Source: a virus. Taken from it: DNA of 18,811 bases. Position numbers and translations under genes: made by a program. Within the stretch, counting starts at the first letter, position 1; each line of letters starts with the position of its first letter. Under the pieces are notes generated by a model. It was given only the letters and a program-made list of their open reading frames with translations, made no database searches and was not told the origin of the DNA. The stretch lies in the UHGV virus genome UHGV-0168127; one strand, given 5' to 3'. Of the stretch, positions 7,929 to 16,454 are shown in pieces.

Positions 7929-8141
7929 TTATTCGCGAGCTTTGAGCATGGCATCAGCAATAAAGTAGGCATCATCTGCTAATTCTTTGTACTGTGGTGA
8001 ATTCTGTCCACCACCAAAGGAATGTCCGTCCCATCTGCGCACTATTGCTGCCATAGCCTTAGCAGCGAAGTAATCACGTAATGTCGCATCACTTGCCATT
8101 TCTGGGCGTTTGATATCTTCTTCATAAAACTCGCACATCAT
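7929..8141 (-). CDS. Hypothetical protein (70 aa)
   Basis: Track ORF; its start overlaps the stop of the upstream gene. Confidence 0.4.
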   Translation of the reverse strand: MMCEFYEEDIKRPEMASDATLRDYFAAKAMAAIVRRWDGHSFGGGQNSPQYKELADDAYFIADAMLKARE

Positions 8142-8422
8142 TCACCTCCCAGAGCCTTGCTGATTGCTGCCTTGGCTCGTTTGTATTCGGTTAACTCTCT
8201 GCACCCTTCGTCATGCTCGTAAAGGAAGACAAGCTCTTGCAGTGCTTCAAGCAAATCAGGAGCTGCTGCTATCAGTAGCGCATCCTCCCTTTCATTTCTT
8301 GTTGCTGCTTCAATGTATGTGTCACCAATCGTCACACCATGGAACGTAGTCATCATCTCGTTGACGTTTCTAACCGTGTACTTCCATTTACCAGGCGTAC
8401 CCTTAAACTCTTTCATATCCAC
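8138..8422 (-). CDS. Hypothetical protein (94 aa)
   Basis: Track ORF; overlaps the downstream gene start by 4 nt. Confidence 0.4.
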   Translation of the reverse strand: MDMKEFKGTPGKWKYTVRNVNEMMTTFHGVTIGDTYIEAATRNEREDALLIAAAPDLLEALQELVFLYEHDEGCRELTEYKRAKAAISKALGGE

Positions 8423-8463
8423 CTCTGTTGTTTATGCCAAAAATAAAGGCCGACTATTCGGCC

Positions 8464-8631
8464 TTAAAATCCTGAATATTCGCGAAGAGATTCGATAATT
8501 TCCTCGCAGTCGATAAGTAGTTCGTCAGGTTCATCTTCTCGATTTTTAAGTGCCTCAATGTTCCCAGCTAACTGGCGAAGCATCATTGCTTGCCATTCAG
8601 GGTCGAAGCTGTCTGGTATTTCAATTTCCAT
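8464..8631 (-). CDS. Hypothetical acidic small protein (55 aa)
   Basis: Manual ORF MEIEIPDSFDPEWQAMMLRQLAGNIEALKNREDEPDELLIDCEEIIESLREYSGF with GAGGTG RBS; missed by the track (below 60 aa). Confidence 0.35.
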   Translation of the reverse strand: MEIEIPDSFDPEWQAMMLRQLAGNIEALKNREDEPDELLIDCEEIIESLREYSGF

Positions 8632-8693
8632 ATTTCACCTCAAATAAGTGGTTTGCTGCCAAAACAATGAACCATCAGGAAATTCCAGATAGT

Positions 8694-8918
8694 TCATAAT
8701 TCACTCTTCAATACTTCCAACTTACTAATCGCCGATAGATATCCGCGCTGATAGGGCATCATCATTCCTTCGAGCTTGCCACTTCTTAACTCCTCCCTGA
8801 GCAATTGTATTGCTTGATCAATAACCTCTGCCTTAGCGTCCTTTATGGCTTGCTTGCGGGGCTTTGCTTTCTGCTTTGGCAGATTTCTCAAGCATGATGG
8901 AATGTATGTCTGAGTCAT
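8694..8918 (-). CDS. First gene of the leftward operon: small basic protein (74 aa), candidate N-analogous antiterminator, function unproven
   Basis: AAGAGGA RBS upstream of the ATG at 8918; K/R-rich N-terminal stretch (LRNLPKQKAKPRKQAIKDAK); first ORF downstream of the OL region. No similarity to lambda or P22 N that I can recognise. Confidence 0.35.
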   Translation of the reverse strand: MTQTYIPSCLRNLPKQKAKPRKQAIKDAKAEVIDQAIQLLREELRSGKLEGMMMPYQRGYLSAISKLEVLKSEL

Positions 8919-9240
8919 AAAAAATCCTCTTGTGATTCAGCCCAGCCCACTCAACTTCGAATGGACTGGAATAAATCTGTTTGCGCTTCGCACCTCTCAT
9001 CCCGCCAGTGTTGCCCGTTCCCACGCCTTTATCGCTCTCGCGAGGGGGTAGCCTCACACCGACCGGATCGCGCCCGGTGCTGCGCCGAATTTGTACGTTG
9101 GGGTCTAAACAGGATTACTGAGTGCTGTTCCGACTTTGCATGTTGTTAAAAAGCAGGCGACTTGCTGTCCGCCGCTGGCTAACTTCGCTCAGCTGTCGAT
9201 GTTTCGTTTCGATGGATTGATAATAGCGATGAGTATTGTT

Positions 9241-9282
9241 TATAGCAATACGTATTGATATTAAATAATAGCAATTGCTATT
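9241..9282. promoter_or_regulatory. OL-like operator cluster (pL region)
   Basis: Perfect palindromes CAATACGTATTG (9246..9257) and AATAGCAATTGCTATT (9267..9282), built from the same half-sites as the operators between cI and cro. Confidence 0.5.
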
Positions 9283-9393
9283 AATGCGTTGATAGCTAAA
9301 GGAATTTATTTGGATATTTTTTCGCGGGATTGAGATTCAGATCGTTTTTTTACTGCGGCGGGTATTGCTGTGACGAATGGGCTGGCTGCGGGC

Positions 9394-9420
9394 AATAAAA
9401 AACCCAGCACTATGGCTGGG
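9394..9420 (-). terminator. Intrinsic terminator downstream of cI
   Basis: On the - strand CCCAGC-CATAGT-GCTGGG perfect hairpin followed by TTTTTTATT, about 22 nt after the cI stop. Confidence 0.55.
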
Positions 9421-9441
9421 CTTGATTCATAGCTGGGTTTG

Positions 9442-10146
9442 TTAACCGTGTTTTCTGTATGTCTGAGGCATGCTACCAATCACCTTGCCGAATATGAGTA
9501 TCCTGTTCATTTCTTCTTTTTCGATTGGCTCCCACGGGCGATAAGTCTGATTGTCGGAGATGACCAACAGCTTATCTTTCATCTTCTGGAGGCGTTTAAC
9601 GTGGGAAGTATCGTCGTAGATAAAGGCGTAGATCCCGTCACCATCAAAATGTTGGACGCTGATGTCGACGAACAATAAGTCGCCTGGTTCAATGGTCCCG
9701 GACATGCTGTCTCCGCGAACATTAATGATTCTGATCTGCTCAGCCTTCCTGCCATTAAACATCCGACGAGCATCTTCCACTGAGTATTCCACGGATCTAA
9801 GCACCTCTACAAATTCGCTGTTGATGGCTCCTGGCCCGGCGCTTACGTAAAAGTCTAGCGCCTCAATGCGGAATGTGTCAGTAGGGGCCAGCTCTGTTTT
9901 CGGCTGCGAAATTGCGGGCATTTGACCATCTTCACGCATTGGGCCAACTCCGGTTGAAAGCCACTCAGTGCGAACGCCAAGCGCATTGGCGATCTCAACG
10001 ATTTTAGTTGAGCCTCGGGCATTGCCACTGGTCAGCCTCCAGATGGTGGGTTGAGCAACGCCAGACGCCTTAGCTAAAGCGCCCTGAGACATGCCAGATA
10101 GTTCCATCGCCTGATTCAGGCGTTCTGCAAGAGTTTCTTTTTTCAT
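9442..10146 (-). CDS. cI: CI-type repressor: N-terminal HTH plus C-terminal S24 (LexA-like) autopeptidase domain
   Basis: Track ORF trimmed to the ATG at 10146 (MKKETLAERL...); HTH segment MSQGALAKASGVAQPTIWRL; GDSM and KRL motifs consistent with a Ser/Lys catalytic dyad; divergent from the cro-like gene across an operator region. Confidence 0.85.
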   Translation of the reverse strand: MKKETLAERLNQAMELSGMSQGALAKASGVAQPTIWRLTSGNARGSTKIVEIANALGVRTEWLSTGVGPMREDGQMPAISQPKTELAPTDTFRIEALDFYVSAGPGAINSEFVEVLRSVEYSVEDARRMFNGRKAEQIRIINVRGDSMSGTIEPGDLLFVDISVQHFDGDGIYAFIYDDTSHVKRLQKMKDKLLVISDNQTYRPWEPIEKEEMNRILIFGKVIGSMPQTYRKHG

Positions 10147-10154
10147 GAGTTTTA

Positions 10155-10226
10155 ATTTATACGCTTGCGTATTGATGGTCAAAACACGTTTAGCTATTGC
10201 CTAAATCAATACGCATTGCTATTATC
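10155..10226. promoter_or_regulatory. OR-like operator and divergent promoter region (candidate pRM leftward and pR rightward)
   Basis: Palindrome ATACGCTTGCGTAT (10159..10172) and a related site near 10207..10226. Rightward promoter candidate: -35 TTGCCT (10197..10202), 17-nt spacer, -10 TATTAT (10220..10225). Leftward candidate: -35 TTGACC (complement of 10177..10182), -10 ATAAAT (complement of 10155..10160), placing the start at or near the cI ATG (leaderless, as for lambda pRM). Confidence 0.5.
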
Positions 10227-10257
10227 AATTCACACCAATACTCATAGGAATTGGAAG

Positions 10258-10485
10258 ATGACGAACAAAACAATCCAGCGCGCCATTGATATCGCTGGTA
10301 GCCAGAAGAAATTAGCCGACCTTTGCGGCGTTGCTCAGCCGACGGTATGGCGCTGGTTGCACGGCGGCGGCATTGATGCCCGCTACGTAATGAAGATTGT
10401 CACTGCAACAAACGGCAAGCTAAAACCAGCAGATATCCGTCCAGACCTCGCCCAGCTGCTTGAGGCGAATAACACAGCCGCTTAA
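10258..10485 (+). CDS. cro: Cro-like HTH regulator (75 aa)
   Basis: Track ORF 10165..10485 trimmed to the ATG at 10258; HTH segment SQKKLADLCGVAQPTVWRWLHG; divergent from cI. Confidence 0.6.
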   Translation: MTNKTIQRAIDIAGSQKKLADLCGVAQPTVWRWLHGGGIDARYVMKIVTATNGKLKPADIRPDLAQLLEANNTAA

Positions 10486-10514
10486 TTGCGGCCCTAACCA
10501 CGAAAGGGAAAGCA

Positions 10515-11081
10515 ATGCATTCACTTGCGTATCAACAGAGTACCGGACTTGAACAACGTCCGTTGATTTCGATTTATCAAAGTGTTCCGCGTAATAACCG
10601 TAAGCTAATTCGAATACGGGATGCAGTTAAGGCCTGGCAAAAAGCTACGCCGGGCCAGTCTCAGGTTCACATTTCTCAGCTGGTTGCGAAAGAGTGGCTG
10701 GCGCGCGGCGGGAAGGGGTTGTTACTGGCAGGTTCTGAACACAACACGAAGCAGAACTTCTTCCGGATGATTAACGATCCGGGCCCGAAGAACGACAAGG
10801 GGTTGATGCTACTGATCCCCGTCATTATCGACGTGATGGCGCGGGATAACGAGAAAGTGGCGAGAGAGTTCGGTCTGGTCGCAAAGACTGAGGCCGAACT
10901 GATAGCCGAGGCCATGAAAGAGTGCACTGAAGCGCATCAGGCGAAGTTACTTGGTCAGCCGATACAACGCCTTGAGAAAGAGGTGAGAGAAGCTGCTGAA
11001 GCACTTCTGCGCTTTCTGCCCACTGAATCAATCGCCGCGGTGGTGACAAGTCTGGCCGCTATGGCGCCGGGAGTTATGTGA
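10515..11081 (+). CDS. Early regulator at the cII position (188 aa), possibly YdaT/CII-like; function unassigned
   Basis: Immediately follows cro in the rightward operon; far larger than lambda CII; no motif I can assign with confidence. Confidence 0.4.
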   Translation: MHSLAYQQSTGLEQRPLISIYQSVPRNNRKLIRIRDAVKAWQKATPGQSQVHISQLVAKEWLARGGKGLLLAGSEHNTKQNFFRMINDPGPKNDKGLMLLIPVIIDVMARDNEKVAREFGLVAKTEAELIAEAMKECTEAHQAKLLGQPIQRLEKEVREAAEALLRFLPTESIAAVVTSLAAMAPGVM

Positions 11082-11317
11082 TGGGAAGTATCAAAAATGG
11101 CGAAAGCCAGTCTGCGTCAACAGAACTGGCCTTCAGATGCAAATCGTGTGCACTCATTGCAGGAGGAATAATGGCAAAAAATCCACGCTATTACCATACC
11201 GCTGTACATAAAAACATAACCCGCGACCGCTTCATCCGCTCGGTTAATCCGATTGTGGCAGAGAAGATGCGCGCCATCCTGGAAGAACTGAAACGTAAGG
11301 AGAGTGGCCGTGGGTAA
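11078..11317 (+). CDS. Hypothetical small protein (79 aa, or 48 aa from the internal ATG at 11171)
   Basis: Track ORF; strong AGGAGG RBS precedes the internal ATG at 11171, so the shorter form may be the real product. Confidence 0.3.
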   Translation: MMGSIKNGESQSASTELAFRCKSCALIAGGIMAKNPRYYHTAVHKNITRDRFIRSVNPIVAEKMRAILEELKRKESGRG

Positions 11318-12209
11318 CGTATCCAATTTAGCCGAAGCCAGAGAGGCCAGAAGGCTCCAGAAACCGCGCACGAATGACGGTAAGGGGTTTGCCTTGCTGC
11401 ACCGTAAAATTATGGATGTGCCGTTCTACAAGGACGCTGAGGCGGCTCATTTATGGGTTCACTTGCTCCTGCGCGCTAATCACGAACAGACACTGGTATC
11501 TACTGATGTTGGCGATGTGATCTGCGAGCGCGGAGAGTTCATCACCGGGCGAAACACACTGGCAATGGAAACGGGTTTGACCGCTGATCGCGTTAAATCC
11601 CTTCTCCGTAAATTCCAGAATCTGGGCATGATCACCACCAAATCGAACAACCGTTTTACTGTTCTAAAAGTGGTCAAATATGACGAATATCAGTCAAATT
11701 TTTGTCCAGCAGATGTCCAGCCAGCGTCCAGCCCAAACATAGTCGTACCAATGCCTGCGGAGGTGGAGTGTCCAGCCGATGTCCAGCCAGTGTCCACAGA
11801 TAACAATATATTAAATAACTTACTACCTAACGGTAGTAAGTATGTCGCAAATGACCAGAAACCCGCTGAAGAGAAAAAGTCTCGTTTGTCATGCGATGAA
11901 GTATGGCAATGCCTGAAAGACGAACTGCCTGAAGCACGGGGATGGAGATGCCTCACTGATGAGCGACGCAATCTGATCCGCACATTCTGGGGTAAGGCTA
12001 ATAAGATTGCCCGCAACCTGGACGGCAAGCCGATGGATATGGACGGTTTCAGAAGCTATCTGCGTTACATCGCTCAGAACTGCCGCTGGATGCTTGAAGA
12101 CCGACCAGACCAGAAGTCTGGGAAGACCTGGCGCCGCATGAAATTCGATAAGTTCCTGACCGAAAAGCTCTACATCGAAGTGCGCGAGGGGGATCGTGAT
12201 GACCGCTGA
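11304..12209 (+). CDS. Replication initiator (lambda O-like in position; winged-helix N-terminal domain)
   Basis: Precedes and overlaps the DnaB-like helicase gene; contains iteron-like repeats internally, as lambda O contains ori. GTG start at 11304 or 11310. Confidence 0.6.
   Translation: MAVGNVSNLAEAREARRLQKPRTNDGKGFALLHRKIMDVPFYKDAEAAHLWVHLLLRANHEQTLVSTDVGDVICERGEFITGRNTLAMETGLTADRVKSLLRKFQNLGMITTKSNNRFTVLKVVKYDEYQSNFCPADVQPASSPNIVVPMPAEVECPADVQPVSTDNNILNNLLPNGSKYVANDQKPAEEKKSRLSCDEVWQCLKDELPEARGWRCLTDERRNLIRTFWGKANKIARNLDGKPMDMDGFRSYLRYIAQNCRWMLEDRPDQKSGKTWRRMKFDKFLTEKLYIEVREGDRDDR
11702..11799. repeat. Iteron cluster (putative origin of replication) inside the initiator gene
   Basis: Six copies of (A/G)TGTCCAGCC-like units in two groups of three with about 11-bp spacing (11704..11733 and 11768..11798), followed by an AT-rich stretch at 11800..11832. 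Confidence 0.55.
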
Positions 12210-13632
12210 TTTCATGGCTGTACCACAAAACCTCGAAGCAGAGCAGAGCGTTATCGGTGGCCTGCTGCTGGATGATGACAACAGCGAGCGAGTCCAGAAG
12301 GTTCTGGCGATGCTCAAGCCTGAATCGTTCTACAGCCGACCTCACCAGCTGATCTTTGCCGAGATGCGCCAGATGTTCCGCGACAACAAGCCAGTCGATG
12401 GTCTGACATTGTTCGACGCGCTCGAAAGCAAAGGGCTCGCGGAGCAGGTAGGTGGCTTTGCTTACCTGGCGGAGATCGCCAAGAACACTCCCAGCGCTGC
12501 AAACATCGTGGCATACGCTGCGTCAGTCCGGGAAGCCGCAATGGAGCGCTACGGTATCAGCCGCCTGACCGAAGCTACTGAGCTGCTGTATTCCCGCAAT
12601 GGCATGAGCGCCACGCAGAAGTACGAGGCCATTCAGGGTATTTTCACCCAGCTCGCAGACCATTCAAAAACCGGTAGTCGCCGTGGGTTGCGGTCGTTCG
12701 GCGAGGTTATGGATGACTGGGTAGCAGATCTGGAGAAACGCTTTGACCCTTCAGGCGAACAGCGCGGCATGAGCACCGGCATCCCGTCACTCGACCGGCT
12801 GCTGGCGCCGAAAGGTCTGGTTAAAGGCTCTCTGTTCGTGATTGGCGCAAGGCCAAAGATGGGCAAGACAACCCTGTACGGTCAGATGGCGATCAACTGC
12901 GCGGTTCGTGAGAAAAAGCCAGCGCTGATGTTCAGCCTCGAAATGCCGGGCGACCAGATCCTCGAAAAACTGGTTGGTCAGAAGTCTGGAGTTAACCCGA
13001 GCATTTTTTACATGCCAGCCACGGATGACGCCGATGACCAGTACCAGGGCGATTACGACGGCGACTTTAAGAAGGCGATCGCCACCGCCGGGCGATTGAG
13101 TGAAATCGACATGCTGTACATCGACGATACTCCTGGCCTGTCACTGGCGCACATCGTTAGCGAAAGCCGCCGAATCAAGCGCGAGAAGGGCTGCGTAGGA
13201 ATGATTTTGGTTGACTACCTGACTCTGATGACCGCCGAAAAAGCCGACCGTAATGACCTTGCCTACGGGATGATCACCAAAGGGTTGAAGAACCTCGCTA
13301 AAGAGCTTGGCTGCGTCGTCGTGCTGCTGACCCAGCTCAACCGCGAACTGGAGAAGCGAGTGAATAAACGCCCGTTACCGAGCGATTCCCGCGACACAGG
13401 ACAGATTGAGCAGGACTGCGACTACTGGGTTGGTATCCACCGGGAAGGTGCTTTCGATGACAGCGTGCCGCCGGGAGAAACCGAGTTAATCCTGCGACTC
13501 AATCGCCACGGCAGTACCGGAACGGTTTATTGCAATCAGATCAACGGGGCAATTTACGACACAGACCAGCAGGCCGCCGCCGCAGAACGACGCGGGCGTG
13601 AGCAGCAGCCGAAAAAGAAAGGGGGATTCTGA
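12199..13632 (+). CDS. DnaB-family replicative helicase
   Basis: N-terminal EAEQSVIGGLLLD motif and Walker A GARPKMGKT typical of DnaB; start overlaps the initiator stop. Confidence 0.9.
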   Translation: MTADFMAVPQNLEAEQSVIGGLLLDDDNSERVQKVLAMLKPESFYSRPHQLIFAEMRQMFRDNKPVDGLTLFDALESKGLAEQVGGFAYLAEIAKNTPSAANIVAYAASVREAAMERYGISRLTEATELLYSRNGMSATQKYEAIQGIFTQLADHSKTGSRRGLRSFGEVMDDWVADLEKRFDPSGEQRGMSTGIPSLDRLLAPKGLVKGSLFVIGARPKMGKTTLYGQMAINCAVREKKPALMFSLEMPGDQILEKLVGQKSGVNPSIFYMPATDDADDQYQGDYDGDFKKAIATAGRLSEIDMLYIDDTPGLSLAHIVSESRRIKREKGCVGMILVDYLTLMTAEKADRNDLAYGMITKGLKNLAKELGCVVVLLTQLNRELEKRVNKRPLPSDSRDTGQIEQDCDYWVGIHREGAFDDSVPPGETELILRLNRHGSTGTVYCNQINGAIYDTDQQAAAAERRGREQQPKKKGGF

Positions 13633-13973
13633 TGACCATAACAATCCGCGGGCAGATTCTTGCAGCCCTGCGTAACAACCAGGGCCTGAACAGTGCTCGT
13701 ATTGCCAGCATGATCGGCATGACCACCAAAAAGATTTCCGGCCCGTTAAGTACGTTGTTTGCAGATGGCCTGATCGAGTTCGAAGGCAAGCACGGACAGC
13801 GGCTTTATCGGCTGACCGATTACGGCATGAAATACGCACCAGAAACAATCCCGGCTATGCCGAAGGGAAATTCGAAGCTGGTGCAGCGTACAGAGGCAAA
13901 CGTGATCTGCCAGGAGTGCCGCAACAGCGCGGCGATGAGAAGAATTTTAAGCGTATACGGGGTGAGAGCATGA
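13632..13973 (+). CDS. Winged-helix (MarR-like) putative DNA-binding protein (113 aa)
   Basis: Start overlaps the helicase stop (TGATG); HTH-like segment LNSARIASMIGMTTKKISGPLSTL. Confidence 0.4.
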   Translation: MTITIRGQILAALRNNQGLNSARIASMIGMTTKKISGPLSTLFADGLIEFEGKHGQRLYRLTDYGMKYAPETIPAMPKGNSKLVQRTEANVICQECRNSAAMRRILSVYGVRA

Positions 13974-14584
13974 AAAATAATACACAGCCAGCACTGAAAG
14001 AACGAATCGAAAAGGCACTTGAAGACTTCACCAAAGGCCGCGCCAGCATGCATGTTCCTCCGCTTGATACCGATGTTGATGTGGTGCTGGCGGAATGCAG
14101 TGACCGATTATCAGAGCTTAAAGCCAGATGCGCGGCGCTGGCTGCGGAGAATGCGATGTTGAAGCAACGGACACAGCAACTTATCGACATCATTAGCAAT
14201 ACTGACAATGACTACTGCATGTGTGGTTCTGCTATGAAAGACCACGTGCACAGCGGATGTGGTTATCCTACTGGCATGTTCGATTATTACTACAACCAGT
14301 GGCTGGAGTCAGATAACAAAACCCCAGCCACCGATGCTTTCCTGGCTGAAGTGAAGACTGAAGCACGCAAGGAGGGAGCTTACTTTGTGGCGAACAGAAT
14401 GCTGGCTGCCTGGGAAGCTGGTTTTATTGATGATACTGCGAAGAACGCCGCGGATATTGCCAGGATGATTATTACCTCTACTGAGTTTATGGCTAATGCG
14501 CCGGAAGGCGATTTTGACCGCTCATTCTCTGATGGCGTTCTCGAAGATATCGCCGCCCAGCTTCGCAAAGGAGTGCAGTCATGA
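13970..14584 (+). CDS. Ea22-like protein (204 aa), paralog of 2490..3176
   Basis: Track ORF 13916..14584 trimmed to the ATG at 13970 (ATGA overlap with upstream stop); shares ARCAALAAENAMLKQ and [12 protein letters not shown] motifs with the left-arm copy. Confidence 0.55.
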   Translation: MKNNTQPALKERIEKALEDFTKGRASMHVPPLDTDVDVVLAECSDRLSELKARCAALAAENAMLKQRTQQLIDIISNTDNDYCMCGSAMKDHVHSGCGYPTGMFDYYYNQWLESDNKTPATDAFLAEVKTEARKEGAYFVANRMLAAWEAGFIDDTAKNAADIARMIITSTEFMANAPEGDFDRSFSDGVLEDIAAQLRKGVQS

Positions 14585-15180
14585 GCAACAACATTCAAGT
14601 GCTGAAAGCTTATTACGTGCAGGGTGATGAGTACGGGATTATCCGTTTCGCTACAAGTAACGTCGTGGCTCGCCGTGAGGGTGCGAACGAACTGGAAGAG
14701 GAATTCAACTGCGTATCATGCAAGCGCTTTCATGGTGCTGATAAATATGCAGAACTTGGTCGCGTTCCTTCTCGCGTTCTGGTTGAAGAGTTTGGCTTTT
14801 GGCAAGAGTGCACCTATTGCAGATGTCACGTTGATGAAGAAACAGAAGGGCGCGTGTGGGTTGGCGATTCTGTTTATTGCGATATGGAGTGCGAGGCGCG
14901 CTGGATTAATCATCGCCTTGATTGCGAAGCGGAACGCAAGCGTACTCATGAGGCAGAGCAGGCAGCAATTGCGGAAGCGGAAGCAAAGTTCCCTGGAATT
15001 ACAGACGTCACGGCCTACATCGGCCACAAGAAAGACATCACGGTTTATTTTAGATTCCCTGGTGGATTAGAAAAGGCATCATGGACTGTTGGCGAGAATC
15101 ATGCGGGTACTAGTCACGATGATGGAGAGGCGTTCAAATCGTACATCAACTCAATTCGTCAAGTGGAGGCAGCCCAATGA
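14581..15180 (+). CDS. Cysteine-rich hypothetical protein (199 aa), possible zinc-binding
   Basis: CxxC...CTYCRCH...CDMEC cysteine clusters; translationally coupled to both neighbours. Confidence 0.45.
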   Translation: MSNNIQVLKAYYVQGDEYGIIRFATSNVVARREGANELEEEFNCVSCKRFHGADKYAELGRVPSRVLVEEFGFWQECTYCRCHVDEETEGRVWVGDSVYCDMECEARWINHRLDCEAERKRTHEAEQAAIAEAEAKFPGITDVTAYIGHKKDITVYFRFPGGLEKASWTVGENHAGTSHDDGEAFKSYINSIRQVEAAQ

Positions 15181-15545
15181 GCAACATCGACAAACAGGCG
15201 CTGCGTGAAATCGCAGCGGCAGCAGTTGGCGCACATGAGCGCCTTAGTGTTATGCCGCCTGATGACATTTTCGATATCTCACTGGCAGAAGGAACTCAGC
15301 TTGATGCAGATATCACTGCCTTGAACGCGCTGAACTCCGCAGCAAACCCCACTACCGTGCTGGCGCTGCTGGATGAGCTGGAATCCAAAGACAGGCGCAA
15401 CGCTGAGCTGGAGGCGAAACTCCAAGCCACTGACAAATTGCATGATAGCGCGTTCCGTCATGGTCTCCAGCATGGTTTTAGTTACGGTCAGACAGATGAT
15501 CAAGCAGGATTTGAGAAAGCCATCCAAGCGTATGGGCAGCAGTGA
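15177..15545 (+). CDS. Ead/Ea22-like N-terminal-domain protein (122 aa), paralog of 1777..2493
   Basis: MSNIDKQALREIAAAA and ANPTTVLALLDELE motifs. Confidence 0.5.
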   Translation: MSNIDKQALREIAAAAVGAHERLSVMPPDDIFDISLAEGTQLDADITALNALNSAANPTTVLALLDELESKDRRNAELEAKLQATDKLHDSAFRHGLQHGFSYGQTDDQAGFEKAIQAYGQQ

Positions 15546-15559
15546 AAAGGAGAGTGAGT

Positions 15560-15736
15560 ATGAAATACGAAATCCCGGAATCAGAAGATATTGAATGGCA
15601 GCAGGCTATGCTCCGTGAAATAGACAGCGCCCTTGACGTCTTGCGTGATGAGCATGAGCACGCAGTGGTGGTAGAAGAAATCATCAATGATATCACCGCG
15701 AGAATAGCATCACTCCGCGCGTACTCTGGATACTGA
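15560..15736 (+). CDS. Hypothetical small acidic protein (58 aa)
   Basis: Track ORF 15542..15736 trimmed to the ATG at 15560 preceded by AAGGAG. Confidence 0.35.
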   Translation: MKYEIPESEDIEWQQAMLREIDSALDVLRDEHEHAVVVEEIINDITARIASLRAYSGY

Positions 15737-15746
15737 GGACTAACCC

Positions 15747-16454
15747 ATGAGCACCTTCACCAAAGAGCAGTTAATCGAAAAGCTTCAGCACAGAATTTCT
15801 GTCGCATCAAGATTTCCGGAGTCAGAAAAAACGCAAATGGATCTTGAACTGGCGCGTATCGCGCTGGCATCACTCGAAGCGGAGCCCTACGGATATGTCC
15901 ATAAAGCAGCTTATGAGCAAGCAGGAAGTTGTGGATTATCGGGCGACCATGAAGCCTATCGAGATAGCTCAACTCACATCGCCGTTTACACCGCCACGCC
16001 AGCGCCGGTATCTGTGCCCGCTGCGATGGAAATTGATGATGACTTTGACAGCGCGTTTGAACACGGAAAAGCTGTCGGCTGGAACGCCTATCGCGCCGCC
16101 ATGCTTCAGGCCGAACCTGTAAGTAATAGTGATGAGTTACCGCTGGACTATCTGCAAGGACACAAAGACGGCCTGGAGTGGGCTGCACAATTGGCAGAAG
16201 CCAATCATCCGCAAACAGGTGACTGGTTGTACGACGACCAAATCGATCTTGCCAGGGCGATTCGCAAAGGTCCGGATATGCCTACTGTTCAGGCTGGCAA
16301 CTCTCCGGTAACTCCGGATGGTTCAGCTAACATATTGCGGCGCTGGTTAGCATTTGGTCGCGCAATGCAAAGTTCTGGCAGTCAGTTACCTCGCCACCTG
16401 ATTGCAGAAACCGAGTCCATGCTCGCAGCAGCACCGCAGCAGGAGGTGAAGTGA
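15747..16454 (+). CDS. Protein with DUF551-associated N-terminal domain (235 aa), paralog of the N-terminus of 1024..1581
   Basis: ELARIALASLE and GNSPVTPDG motifs shared with the left-arm DUF551-like protein; C-terminus differs. Confidence 0.45.
   Translation: MSTFTKEQLIEKLQHRISVASRFPESEKTQMDLELARIALASLEAEPYGYVHKAAYEQAGSCGLSGDHEAYRDSSTHIAVYTATPAPVSVPAAMEIDDDFDSAFEHGKAVGWNAYRAAMLQAEPVSNSDELPLDYLQGHKDGLEWAAQLAEANHPQTGDWLYDDQIDLARAIRKGPDMPTVQAGNSPVTPDGSANILRRWLAFGRAMQSSGSQLPRHLIAETESMLAAAPQQEVK

Noticed and set aside
8833-9149. ORFs of 74 aa (-) and 62 aa (+) in the pL leader
   Set aside because: The - strand one overlaps the better-supported 8694..8918 gene in another frame and starts at a weak GTG without an RBS; the + strand one is antisense and Cys/Arg-rich from GC-rich sequence. 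The region is treated as untranslated leader.
10676-11049. 83-aa and 74-aa ORFs on the - strand
   Set aside because: Antisense to the cII-position gene in the middle of a co-directional operon; no RBS.
11480-12541. Multiple - strand ORFs (65 to 142 aa)
   Set aside because: Antisense to the replication initiator and DnaB helicase genes, which carry strong motif support.
13486-14208. Four - strand ORFs (77 to 120 aa)
   Set aside because: Antisense to the helicase 3' end, the winged-helix gene and the Ea22-like gene; they conflict with translationally coupled + strand genes.
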